Origin: Octopus vulgaris
Taxonomy: Eukaryota
NCBI GenBank assembly: GCA_951406725.2
Contig: OX597814.1
Coordinates: 21,638,001-21,702,000 of the forward strand
Direction: 5' to 3'
DNA length: 64,000 bases
The position numbers were made by a program, and so were the translations under genes. Below the pieces are notes generated by a model. It did not search any database. It had not been told where the DNA came from and saw nothing but the letters and a program-made list of their open reading frames with translations. The stretch's first letter is position 1. The number at the start of each line of letters is the position of its first letter. Shown in pieces: positions 26,033 through 39,272 of the stretch.

Positions 26033-27454
26033 TTGCATAGTTAGATATTAACAACTGCCAGTAATTCCACTGCCTCTTACAGCATCAAATAAAATATCTT
26101 CTTCACTTTGAAGTGTTCAACCTATGTCTGACTTCGCCTGTTTCTCCTGTCTATTGTGAAAGTGATATAAAATATGAATACACTGGGACATATTCCAAAC
26201 AAATGAAAGAAGATTGGATCAGATTATTTATTGATGTTATCCTGTATTCTTTCGGCTGATTTACATTAGCAGGTATTCTTCACCTTGTTACCACTAGCAT
26301 ATCCGTTCTTTTCTCTTACTTTCTTTTCCTGCGTACATTGTTTCAGTGTTCTATCTTTGACCTTTCTTTATTCCACCGTTTCACAGTCGTGTCTGGAACG
26401 CCTACAGTTGTAGTCTGGACAACTTGGTTTAAAATTAATCATAACAGATTTTGACAATTTAGTTAATGTTCTACTGCGTTCTTATAAACTACTCTAGTTT
26501 CAATAATACATTCAACCACACATTTATGAACACACGCACAGATATGTGTATTTATGTGTGTTCATTTATATTTGTGCGTATCAATGGGAGGGTTTTTTGT
26601 TGCTTGTTGGTGGTGATCTGTTTGCTAGTTACTGGTGTTTTGTTTGCTTGTTGGTGGTGTGCTGTAGTTTATAGACAAATCCTCTCACCATCTGAAGCAC
26701 AACACGAGCATGAAAATCAATGGTTTTTAAAGAAAGGTATATACAATATATGCACTGCTTCAGGTGCAGAGAAAAGGAAAATCTCAACTCTCTGTTACGC
26801 TTCAACTAGAGACTGCAAGACTATCTGAACGACTTTCCCAACATTAAAATGGAGCATCATTAGCAGGATCCCTTCTTACTCATCTAGAACTCGCAATTTC
26901 CAGCCATATCTCTGCGAGCCTGCAGTATCCATCAACAGGAAAAATAAATTATCTTATTGTTTTCACCACAGGTAAGCCCTGTTAATGAACTTCAGATCAC
27001 TAGCAGTTGACAATTCAGATATACCTCCCTAGGTCTAGTGGCCTCACAAACAAGTGCAGGGTCTTGTAGCCTGAGCTGCAAAACCCAAGATAACTTTCCA
27101 TCCTGTCATGTGTGGTACCAAACGAATGAATCAATATCGCTATAAACACTACACTGCATGTTGCTGCCATATTGATGACAGCTCGGGCCCAACCAACATC
27201 CTCAGCCAACATGCTGTTGAGATGTGTGCGTGTGTGTATGTGAGTGTATGCATTTGTATGTTCTCTTTCTCTTTCTAATTTAGAATAAATCTTGACCGGC
27301 CACTTGCTTAGAGGCAAGATTGTAGAGAGCAGTTTTTTGTTTCGTTCATCATCCTTTAAATCTTATGAAAGCTTAGCAGATATTTATAGTCACAGATATC
27401 GTTGTCATTTGTAGTGTATGAATTAAATATTTATGTTCTCTACCCCAAGAACCC

Positions 27455-27478
27455 ATGTATGTATGCATGTATGTATGC

Positions 27479-27511
<33 letters not shown>

Positions 27512-27629
27512 TGTATGTATGTATGTATGTATGTATGTATGTATGTATGTATGTATGTATGTATCTATGTATGTTTGTATGTATGTATGTATGCATGCAT
27601 GTATGTATGTATGTATGTATGTTTGTATG

Positions 27630-27660
<31 letters not shown>

Positions 27661-27910
27661 GTTTGTATGTATGTATGCATGCATGTATTTATGTATGTAT
27701 GTATGTATGCATGCATGCATGTATTTATGCATGTATGTATATCTGTATGTATGTATGTATGCATTCATGCATGCATGCATGTATGTATGTATGGATCTAT
27801 GCATGCATGCATGCAGGTATGTATGTATGTATGTATGTATGCATGTATGCATATATGCATGTATGTATGTATGTATGTATGTATGTATGTATGTATGTAT
27901 GTATGTATGT
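27455..27910. repeat. (TATG)n/(CATG) tetranucleotide array, ~455 bp
   Basis: Read directly from the sequence. Confidence 0.95.
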
Positions 27911-28890
27911 CGGGAGAATTCATAAAAACCAAAAGACGAAGACATGTGGTATAGACAACAAACAGATGTATTAGTGTAACGCTCGGGAAGTGAAAAGGTC
28001 ATTAACGTTTCGAGTCTATGCTCTTCCACAGAAAGAAACAGGGAGAGAAAATAAAGAATGTGTAGTGGCTAGCGAGCTATCATAGCGAATGCCTGACAAA
28101 GGGTCACACAGGAGAGCTAGGAAGTAAGGGGAGATAATAAAGTAGTAGTGATCCCAAAACGAAGGTGCACGTGCGTGCGCATAACAGAGCATGTATGTGC
28201 GTGTGGAAGAGGGCTTGACGTGTGTGTGTGTGCATGTGTGGATGATGATGTGGGTGCTGGGAAGTGGTCAGTGCTAGTGTGTGCGTGGTGATGTGATGTG
28301 ATGTGGTAAGGTGGTGTGTGGTGTGGTGGTGGTGGGATGTGGGGGAGGCGAGACTGGGGAAACCAAGGGAGGGGGTAGAGGTAGGGTATGTGGTATTGGG
28401 TGTAAGGGATGGGGTGGGTGTGATAGGAGGGATAGGGAAGGTGGGATTGGATTGTGTAGGGGTTGGGTTACGAGGGAGGGGTGACGATGAAAGGAGAGGG
28501 GAAGGGAGAAGGTGGGTAGGGGTGAAGAGAAGAGAGAAGGAGAGTAGGAGTGAAGAGAAGTAGGAGTCGGAGCAAGAGAGGAGACGTGGGTGGGAGGAAG
28601 TAGGTGTGAGAGGAAGAGAGGAGAGAGGAGGAGAACTAGATGAAGAGAGGAGGAGAGTTGAGCCCATGTTGTACAACGGAGCGAAGAGAGAAGATTAATC
28701 CCTCTTCACTGAGAAGACGGGAGTCCGGAGAGCCCCTGTACAAGGACAATCCGAACACAGACAGGTGTTGCAAAGAGTGACCGTAGAGCGGAAATGACAC
28801 CCCGAGTCTGGGGTGTCATTGCCGAGTCGGAGGTCTCGGAGGTGTTCCATAAACCGGTCAGCCAAGCGGCGTCCCGTTTGCCCGATGTGT
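27911..28890 (-). mobile_element. Penelope-like element 3' part: GIY-YIG C-terminus, C-rich linker and pseudo-LTR
   Basis: HIGQTGRRLADRFMEHLRD..CHF / GHSLQHLSVFGL..RLLSEEGLIFSL..HGLNS (28655-28890). The terminal region 27911-28050 is homologous to 30490-30640. Confidence 0.85.
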
Positions 28891-28894
28891 GTAT

Positions 28895-29740
28895 GTCATT
28901 ATTCAGTTTATTTCAAGATTTTTTGCCAATACAGAAAGAACCAGTTTCTAACCTAGATCCAAGGCACCTACATTGGAAGACCAACATCAACAACAGGGTA
29001 TTTTTGTTTGTATGTATGTATGTATGTATGTATGTATGTTTTATGTATGTATTCCCATACGTATAGTTATATATCTAGATAAGCTCATATATATTTAAAT
29101 GATAAACTTCTGGTAAGTTTTACAGTTCCAGTGATGGATTGGATCTGTAGTCTTCGAATTAGCTTTCGCCTTTCTGTTGTTTTGAGAAGACTAATTTCTC
29201 AAGATTTGTATTTAGGCAGTATGTTACATATCCCAGGGCACCAATAATTACAGGTATAAACCTGAACTTATAATCTGGGTAGAGTAACTGCAGATTTCTC
29301 AATAGTTTAGCATAGGTGTTCTCTTTTTCACTGATCTTCAGCTTTATGTTAACATATGGGTATGTATGTATGTATGTATGTATGTATGTATGTATGTATG
29401 TATGTATGTATGTATGTATGTATGTATGTATGCATGTATGTATGTATGTATGTATGTATGTATGTATGCATATATGTATGTATGCATATATGTATGTATG
29501 CATGTCATTATTCAGTTTTATTGCAAGATTTCTTGCCAATAGAGAAAGAGCTGGTTTCTAACCTAGACTCAAGGCTACTTCATTGGAATTTCAACACCAA
29601 CAACAGTGTGTTTTTGCTTGTATGTATGTATGTCATTATCCAATATATTTCAAAATTTCTTGCCAGTAGAGTAAGAACCGGTTTCTAACCTAGATCCAAG
29701 GCACCTTCATTGGAATTTCAACATCAACAGGAGGGTTTGT
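28895..29740 (-). mobile_element. Three stacked R4/Dong 3' ends within (CATA)n
   Basis: Copy 1 (28895-29355) includes the RLE end LLRNLQLLYPDYKFRFIPVIIGALGYV. 3'-UTR-only copies at 29504-29620 and 29632-29740. Confidence 0.85.
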
Positions 29741-29929
29741 TGGTGCACTAATTTAAACAATTTTATTCGAACTGATCGACTCCAGGATTTATTTTTGTTT
29801 TTAAACCTAGTACTTGTTCTGTCAGACCCTTTGTGAAAGCGCTACGTTACGGGGACGTAAACAAACCAACGACATACACACACACACTCACACACGTACT
29901 CACATACACACGCAAACACGCATACAGCT

Positions 29930-29975
<46 letters not shown>

Positions 29976-30655
29976 GAGGGTATTATTATTCATAGGTACC
30001 GCACGCTAGGAGGGACTCTTGCAGTCAAAACTACTAAAATAAATAAATTGTACCGAATGCAAAACTTCAAAGCAAGTCATTTAAAAACAGAATTTAGTAC
30101 CTATGAATAATAGTACCCTCAATATAATAAAAATTTACAGATTTTTTCTCTTACGAGGTTTTTCACGCTAACTACTGATAATTTCTTATAAAGATTTTAT
30201 CCTTAATTTTAAATTTATATATATATATATATATATATAACTTATAACTAAGGGCTAAATAAAATTATTTCTATGCCAATATGCTGATAACAGACTTTTA
30301 AATCGTCAATTTCCATAATATGTAGAAATTGACGATTTAAAAGTCTGTTATCAGCATATTGGCATAGAAATAATTTTCTTTAGCCCTTATTTATTAGTTG
30401 TTTATAATTTTAACCTTAAAGGTACTTTAACATGCTGCCACATTTTTGATGAAATTTTTTCTGTAAAAAAACTTCATCCTATATTAGTAGTACCTCCTTG
30501 TTTCTTTTCTGTGTATCTATCTGTCGAAGAGCGTAGGCTCGAAATGTAAAAGACTTCTATTTCTATTCCTGGGCGCCATACTAATACATTTGTTTGTTTG
30601 TACTCCACCTGCTTTTGTTTATTTTCGTAAACCTTCCCGTTATATATATATACAT

Positions 30656-30721
<66 letters not shown>

Positions 30722-30724
30722 GTA

Positions 30725-30888
30725 TATGACGAGCTTCTTTCAGTTTCCATCTATCATATCCACTCACAAGGCTATGGTCAGCCTGAGGCTATAGTAGAAG
30801 ACACTTGCCCAAGGTGCCACATTCTGGGACTAAAACCGAACTATGTGAATGGGAAGCAAGTCTCTTACCACACAGACACGCCAGTGCC
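30725..30888 (-). mobile_element. SINE family A 5' half
   Basis: Reverse complement of the family A head and GACACTTGCCCAAGGTGCCAC body. A matching 3' half lies at ~29750-29870. Confidence 0.7.
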
Positions 30889-30932
30889 TATATATATATA
30901 TGTGTGTGAGTATGTGTGTGTAATATATGTAT

Positions 30933-30969
<37 letters not shown>

Positions 30970-31300
30970 GATATATATATATATATATAGATATAGATAT
31001 ATATATATATATGTGTGGGGAAAGTAAGAACAAAAAAGCGAAAATGCATATTGGATATAAAACAATAAAGGCTTTTTTATGAAAAGTATCGCTAAATATA
31101 TACAATTAGATGAACTGAGGTAGAATTAGGATGAATAAAATTCAATATTAGAATTAGGAGGAATAAAGTCATTCTGACTTTTATTCCTCCTAATCTACCT
31201 CAGTTCATCTAATTGTCATTATTTAACGGTACTTTACATAAGAAACCCTTTATTACTTTTTTATATCCAATATGCATTTTCGCTTTTACTTCTTACTTTC

Positions 31301-31380
<80 letters not shown>

Positions 31381-31439
31381 GAGAGACAGACAGAGAGAGA
31401 GACAGAGACAGAGAGAACATATATATATATATATATATA

Positions 31440-31500
31440 CTAGCTTAAGGTGACCCGCTCTACGCGCGGGTAAGAGTGTGGTTGTTACTTTCTGTTGCTT
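31440..31500 (-). mobile_element. Helitron 3' terminus fragment
   Basis: The minus strand reads ACCCGC-GCGTAGA-GCGGGT (hairpin), then ~9 nt, then CTAG followed by T. Confidence 0.6.
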
Positions 31501-31505
31501 CCTTT

Positions 31506-31760
31506 CAGCACGTAAAAAGCACCATCCGAACATGGCCGATGGCAGCGCCGCCTTGACTGGCTTCTGTGCCGGTGGCACGTAAAACCCACCAATCGATCGT
31601 GGCCGCTGCCAGCCCCCCTGACACCTGTGCTGGCGGCACGAAAAAGCACCCACTACACTCAAAGAGTGGTTGGCGTTAGGAAGGGCATCCATCTGTAGAA
31701 ACACTGCCAGATCAGACTGGAGCCTGGTGCAGCCTCCTGGCTTCCCAGACCCCGGTCAAA
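31506..31760 (+). mobile_element. GC-rich interspersed repeat with internal ~65-bp subrepeats (retroposon 5'-UTR/SINE-like)
   Basis: Three GCACG(T)AAAA(A/C)CACC units, then GGTTGGCGTTAGGAAGGGCATCC, a motif typical of RTE/Expander 5' UTRs and derived SINEs. Confidence 0.5.
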
Positions 31761-31763
31761 GTG

Positions 31764-31867
<104 letters not shown>

Positions 31868-32720
31868 ACGCATTACATATACAAATGTATACAAATTATA
31901 TATATATAAATATATGTATAAATTAAATTAGAGATAAAACCACTAATAGGCAAATCAAACACCGAAAAACATAAACCAAAACATAAAAATAAAAATATAA
32001 TATACAAATTATATAAAATATAAAATTGAAACTTTAAATTATTTAAATTTAAAATTAAAATTATTAATTTATATTTATAATTTTATTTTAAATATATATA
32101 ACTATCAAAAAGTATTAAAAAGTTTAATATACATAAATACAGATATATACACTTTGTATATATACATTATATATACATATTTATATATAGAACACACACA
32201 CACACATATATATATATAAATTAACCCAATAAATATCTGATTCATAATATTTGTTCTCATGATTGTGTGGTTGTGGTCGTTGTGGCGATGATAATTCTCT
32301 CTATGAATGCAGACAGACGTAGAGAGAGAGAGTGTGTGAAAGCGATGTCGAAGGCGGGGAGGGGGAGATATAGACCGCCATGACACGACGTTATAAAGAG
32401 AAAGTGAAGGTAAGGGAGTTAGACGCCGTGAAACGACGTTATATATAGAAAGTGATGGGAAGGGAGGAAAGAGAGTGAGTGACGGAGGAAGACAGATACA
32501 TAAAAGAATGAGAGTAGACTTGTCAAAGTGAGTTTTTGGCCCTAGCAACGACACCTTTTAAGATAGGGATTTCTAACCTAGCCCACTGGCATCCTCACCT
32601 CATTTTATATGCCCCTGTAAATTTTGGAGTCAATCCGACGGGATCTAGTGGCCTTTAATCCGTTCTCAATGCCAAAACCAGACAAACAAACAAACAAGCT
32701 TTTCCCATTTCAGATTTATA

Positions 32721-32792
<72 letters not shown>

Positions 32793-34642
32793 CATATATA
32801 TATATACATATATATACATATATGAAATAATATCACAATTTATATGTGGCATAATATTTGGTTTTAAAATTACTTTAAAGCTATGATATTAATATGTGAA
32901 AGAATTTGTTAATTTCAATGTAATAATTTATCAACAAATTATATTTTATTTTATATTTTTATGTTCATATATTTATATTCGAAAAATTCAAATTTGTTCC
33001 CAGGAATCTGGGACAAAATTTAGGTTTCATCTACCGGATTGAATGATACATTACTTCATAAAAAAGCTACTCATTTGTTGGTTACACTTTCATACAAGTA
33101 TTATACAATATATTCTTGATTTGTTTGTTCTATGTCATTTCCCCACAAAACATCACCAAATTGTTTCCAATTAATATATTTATTTATTATAATTTTCCAT
33201 AATTTTACAATTAATATATTTATGTATTATAATCTTCCCTAAATGCTCATATTGTATGTATATTGGATTGAATTCGTTTGCATTACCTATGTTCAGTCCA
33301 CTGCAGGACGAAAGCCTCAGCATTTTATCTCCACCAGTCACGGTCTGATGTGGAGGCCGTGAATTTGAGCTTAAGTTCGTTGTGGTTTGATGAGCTTATA
33401 GTGCTACACTGATGCGACATGGCTTAGCAGAAGGGTACAGTTTTGATACTCTTAGCCAGGAGTAATTAATTCAATTACATCGACCCCAATGCTCAACAGG
33501 TACTTATTTTATCGACCTCGAAAGGATAAAAGGCAAAGTCAGCTGCGGTGGAATTTGAACATAGAACGTGAAGAGGGACGAAATACAACTAAAACTTCGC
33601 CAGGTGTGCTAACGACTCTGCCAGCTCACCTATGTACAAACGTACTACTAAAGTTTTGTTTTGTATGCGAATCGACTGAAGTTCATATAATTTGTCCCTG
33701 AACATCGTTTCAGCAAGAGACGATATGGTTTTATGCAAGGATGATAGTGCTTCGCTGAGGAGGCTTAATAATGCTGAAACGTGTTAAATGTTGTTAGCGT
33801 GCGTGACAAAGATCAGGTTAAATAAATATTAATGCTTGTGTTAATATTACTTCCTTTCACTGCATGCTTAGTTCTAATTTTAATAAATAGAGATTTCTTA
33901 GTTGTGACCCATATCTGCTTTCATTAGATTTAAGTTCTGCACTAATATTTTCCTATCAACGCTACTATCTAAAATTAGCTTTACTGTGTCTTTTTTATTA
34001 TATTTTTGGACACGACCTTATGCTTGTAGCACTGACTTAAATGTTTGTTTTCTGTGCAAATGGCATCCCCGAGTGATTTCCTCAATTCATTATATTTACG
34101 CATAGTCAGGTGATTTGTCTGTTGAACTGAATGAAGGAAGTTTGTTTTTGTTTTGTTTATTCCTCATTCACTTTGTTTATTTTTGAAAAACTACATTTGA
34201 CCTTTTTTATCAAACGCTTTTTATAGCATTTAAAAAAAAAACATAGTATGGCATTTAAATATGAGACTAATTTCAGAATGATGTTGTCAGACAGACCTAT
34301 CGTCAAAAAATTGAACTTAATGGATTTTATAGTTCATTCATATTAGTTAATATAATCTATTTTAATGCTATTCTTGTAAAACTGGTTTGCCCATTGGCTC
34401 CCGGTCTACACTCAGACTGACATTAATTTTTCTTAACACACGGCATTTACAGACCTTATTCATAATATTTATATGTATTACACTCAACTTGTCACACTGA
34501 TCAATGTTGGCTTCTTTCTTTGTTCTCTTTCGTTTTTTTTTTATATATATTTTCTTATGCATCACCCTCTCTCTCTTCTTTACATCTCCCCACTCCAGCA
34601 CTTTCCTCACTATCTTTGTTCCTCATTCTCTCTCTCTCTCTC

Positions 34643-34734
<92 letters not shown>

Positions 34735-35154
34735 TCAACACTATCGTTTATCCATCTATTCATATGTTTAGCTGCACTTGTATATACATATTTGTGGATG
34801 GCTGTATGTATAGCGTTTCGTTGATGTTTTACCAGATTAAGAAATAAATGAAAGAACTAAAGACAATACCTGAGAACTAACAGTTATTTGCTAATATCAA
34901 TTGACACTTAACGCATACATATTAATCTTTCTGTCTTACTTGTCTCAGTTACTGGTCTATGTCATCTTGTTATACCACCTTCAAGGCTCAGTCGATCAAG
35001 TCGCCCCCGCCAGTACTTGTTTTAATCTTGGTACTTATTATACCGGTCACATTTTTATTTTGTACCTCTAATTGTGAGGGACACAAAACAGACTAACACT
35101 GTTTATCAAGTGGTGAAAAACAAATTCGATCACAGAGATGCGTATGCACATATA

Positions 35155-35360
35155 CATCGACAGACAGACAGATAGACAGACAGACAGACAGACAGGCAGC
35201 AGGCAGGCAGGCAAATAGACAGGCAGGCAGACAGGCAGAAAGGCAGACATACAGATAGATAGATAGATAGATAGATACATAGATAGATGGATGGATGGAT
35301 GGACGGACGGACGGACGGACGGACGGACGGACGGATAGACAGACAGACAGACAGACAGAC

Positions 35361-35451
<91 letters not shown>

Positions 35452-35455
35452 CGGC
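35155..35455. repeat. Compound tetranucleotide microsatellite (GACA/GGCA/GATA/GGAT/GGAC)
   Basis: Read directly from the sequence. Confidence 0.95.
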
Positions 35456-36184
35456 TAGATAAATATACTCATGTGTATATGTATGTGTATATATGAGAGA
35501 GAGGGAGGGAGGGAGGGATGGACGGAGAGAGGGGGAGGGGGAGAGGGATGGAGGGAGGAAGGAAAAGAGAGAGAGAGAGAGTATTTTCCCTCAAATTCAC
35601 TTACAAAAAATTGGATGATCCAGGGACTGTTACCCAAATTGACTTTTAATCTATATGGAAAAAAAAGTTGGCTAATTTCAAAATTTCATCGTTTGTTATT
35701 TGTAGTCAGACGAAGGCAATAAAAAGGACATCGAAGTCACTGTCAAGCTTTACTTTGTAAAAATAAATATGAGACGCTACTTAAATATATTGACATCATC
35801 CTTCGAATACTATTCGGATTAAGTCGATTACATCGGCCCCAGTGCGTAACTGGTACTTAATTTATCGACCCCGAAAGGATGAAAGGCAAAGTCGACCTCG
35901 GCGGAATTTGAACTCAGAACGTAACGGCAGACGAAATACCGTTATGCTTTTCACCCGGCGTGCTTACGTTTCTGCCAGCTCGCCGCCTTATTTGTCAAAT
36001 ATATTACAGACTATTTCTGATTCTATAATAACCCTGTCGGCGGCCTATCCCAGATTCATGTGTGGGCAGTTGTACATTATCTCAAAAAGTAGACCTGCTT
36101 GGAAGAATTGTAGGGCATATTCTTATTCGGAGGGTTGGATATGACTAAAATCAGTTCTAAAACCTGAGGCACCAATTTTTTTTT

Positions 36185-36720
36185 CTAGCAATGCACGCCG
36201 GCGTTGCCCGGGCGTTATCACCTACAGCCACATTGTATTATTTGTTCCTTTCTTATGGGCAGAATCGGCACTCGAGGAGTATGAAGCAAACAACTCTAAT
36301 CAAAACACAGACAAACATACTTAAAAGATTATCTACTAAATAATACTCAAAAATTGACGGTATATCTTCGAAGTTTCATTCCTTGGTAAACTCTATATAT
36401 TTTGAACATTTTCTCATTATTTTCTATCAAAAACATAAAGATTGTTCAGGCAGAGTTACCTCTCTTAATTAAAGACCTCAAAATTGGGCGATTCAACCTC
36501 GTTTTCGAGGGTATTTTGTAGTAAAAAAGAGCTGTTGTGAAAAAAACATTTTCAGCTTGGCAACCGAATGTTTACTGAATCTTTTGATACCTCATACGTC
36601 AAAATCGGCAACTCAGTTTTCGAATCCATATGGAACATACGCATGCACACACACACACTGAGAGAGACAGACGGACAGACAGACACAGACATAACATAAC
36701 ATTACAGCTCTAAAGTTTAT
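36185..36720 (-). mobile_element. Non-autonomous Helitron-like element
   Basis: The minus strand ends in a CCCGGGCAACGCCGG hairpin followed by CTAG. Internal CAAAATCGG and (GACA)n resemble insect Lep1/DINE-type elements. The other end is approximate. Confidence 0.55.
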
Positions 36721-37500
36721 ATTTAAACTCGAATCGAAATTCAATATAAAAATATATTGAATTCTTTTAATGGATTCAAATTTAAATTTTAGGTTCTCTT
36801 ATCTAACTTTGATTACAGCTCGAATTCGAAAATCAATTTTTAAAAAAAATCATTTCTTTGATTTCATATTTTTCCCGTCGGTCTTGGGTTTATCAATTTC
36901 AAATTCCGAATTGATTTCTCCTTTGCCACCTCCATTTTCACTAAAATTAACGGTCTCGGTTTGGTTGACCTTTCCTGTCACTGGAAGCCACAGCTGGCCA
37001 AGTCAATAAAATATTGGCCGGCTGAGTGAAAATTCCATGGTTCTTTTCCCGCCAAAAAATGCAGCTCACATCATAGACGGACACTTAAAATAGATTCAAA
37101 TTATTGTTTGAAGAAATATTATGGTATTACTGAAATGTGAACTTCGTCTAATTTGAGCAGGATCTTCAATTTAAATTAAGAATTTAAATTGAGAATTTAA
37201 ATTGAGATTAATTTAATGTTGAATGAAGAAGTATTTTTTTTTAAACTGAGGATGAGTACAATGTGATTGTTTGTTTGGAAGACAATTCGAAAAGTGTTTG
37301 TGTATGTCCATCAATGTTCCGAGCAAAATGGATGCGGTGAGTCACACTTGCTTTTAAACTATAAGGAAGCAATATCAAGTGAACATTGGATTCAGTAGAA
37401 AACAAAGAATTATGCAACTTTTGGAACTAAATATTTCCCGGCATTCGTATATACGTGCTGGCGGAATCGTTAGACTGTCCAAAAAAAAAAAAAATTTGCT

Positions 37501-37663
37501 TGGTTGTGTGGTAAGTAGCTTACTTACGAACCACATGGTTCCGGGTTCAGTCCCACTGCGTGGCACCTTGGGGAAGTGTCTTCTACTATAGCCTCGGGCC
37601 GACCAAAGCCTTCTGAGTGGATTTAGTAGACGGAAACTGAAAGAAGCTCGTCGTATGTGTGTT

Positions 37664-37699
<36 letters not shown>

Positions 37700-37903
37700 C
37701 GTTTGTGTGTCTGTGTTTGTCCTCCTAACATCGCTTGACAACCGATGCTGGTGTGTTTACGTCCCTGTAACTTAGCGGTTTTGCAAAAGAGACCGATAAA
37801 ATAAGTACTAGGCTTACAAAGAATAAGTTCTGGGGCCGATTTGCTCGATTAAAGGCAATGCCCCAGCATGACCACAGTCAAATGACTGAAACAAATAAAA
37901 GAG
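37501..37903 (+). mobile_element. Full-length SINE (family A)
   Basis: Near-identical to 20844-21243. A more diverged copy follows at 38208-38590. Confidence 0.85.
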
Positions 37904-38629
37904 GGCTATATCTTGCGGCTCTTTACATTCTGAGTTCAAATCCCAGTCAGGTAAACGTTGTCTTTTGCCATTTCGGAGTCGAAAAAATAAATTATCAATC
38001 AAATATCGGGGAGCGGTGGTATCATCTAATCCTCTCCTTCTAAAAATTACTGGAGTTATAGCTTTGTGCCAAAATTTGAAACAATTCGTGTATACTGCTG
38101 CTAAAATTTAACTCGGTGTTAGCTTTTCTAATTCAGCAGACCGAGGACTAGAGCAGTGAAAAAGATATTAACTTTTTCTTTTAAGATAATAGACTCCAAC
38201 TGAGATGTGACTGTGTTGTAAGAAGTTTGTAAATTCTTCCGGGTCAGTCCCACTGCGAGGCACCTTGCGCAATTGTCTTCTACTATAACTTCGTGTCGAC
38301 CAAAGCCATGAGTAGATTTGGTAGATGGAAAGGCAAAGAAGCCCGTCATATATTTATGTGTGTCTGTCAGTCTGTGTGCGTGTATGCAGGTGTGTGTGTG
38401 CGTGCGTGTGAGTGAGGACTGCTTGACAACCGGTGTTGGTGTGTTTACGTCCCGATAACTTAGCGCTTCAGCGAAAGTACCTGATCGGATAAGTACCAAG
38501 GATTTAAAGAAATTTTGTTCAGGGATGGATTCTTCAAGGTGGTGCACCAGCATGTCCGCAGTCTAATGATTGAAACAAGCAAAAGAATAAAATAACAGTA
38601 TATACAGGACTACACCATTCTAAATACAC

Positions 38630-38683
<54 letters not shown>

Positions 38684-39083
38684 GGCTCCATCCATGTTTA
38701 GACAGTTGTGTGTGCTTTGAATGACATTTACTTGCTATTCCTTGCAGAGCAAACGACTGCAAAGAGATTCCCTCGTTGACTTGTTTATACATGTATTGTA
38801 CGCATGTCATAAAAATTTGATAATGAGTATCTTCTCAAAGACAACTGTCGCCAAGCCGACCAGTGGTACATCTACTAAAACAGAAGAGGTTTTGATGAAG
38901 CAATAATGCAGTTTTCTCACAGTTTCCATATAAATTCATGCATTTATTTGTGTCTTTGGTGAACATCGACATGATTGTATCTGTTATTTTTCTATAGATT
39001 GAGACAATTTATTTTATTAATGCCTACTGCTTGAGCTGAATATTTACTCACACAGGTGCCTGAGGTTTGTATATATATACGTT

Positions 39084-39130
<47 letters not shown>

Positions 39131-39236
39131 GTATGAGGTTTGTATATTTATACGTATGTTAACAATGATGGTTTGTGTATTTGTGGAGTTCTGTGTGTTG
39201 GGCTGTGTGAGTATATGTATTTGTATGAATTTTACC

Positions 39237-39272
<36 letters not shown>

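Noticed and set aside
27402-28029. MYVC/HTYI repeat ORFs (also near 10.5, 19.5-20.5, 29.3 and 54.3 kb)
   Set aside because: Translations of (TATG)n, (CA)n and (TA)n microsatellites.
28895-29740. Repeat-spacer pattern resembling a CRISPR array (also 49490-49583)
   Set aside because: The spacers are microsatellites, the units are retroelement ends or slippage products, there are no cas genes, and the context is eukaryotic.
38840-38980. Short Cys-containing minus-strand frame (..CTTGRLGDSCL) resembling an EGF exon
   Set aside because: About 45 codons ending in a stop, wrong cysteine spacing and no convincing splice sites.
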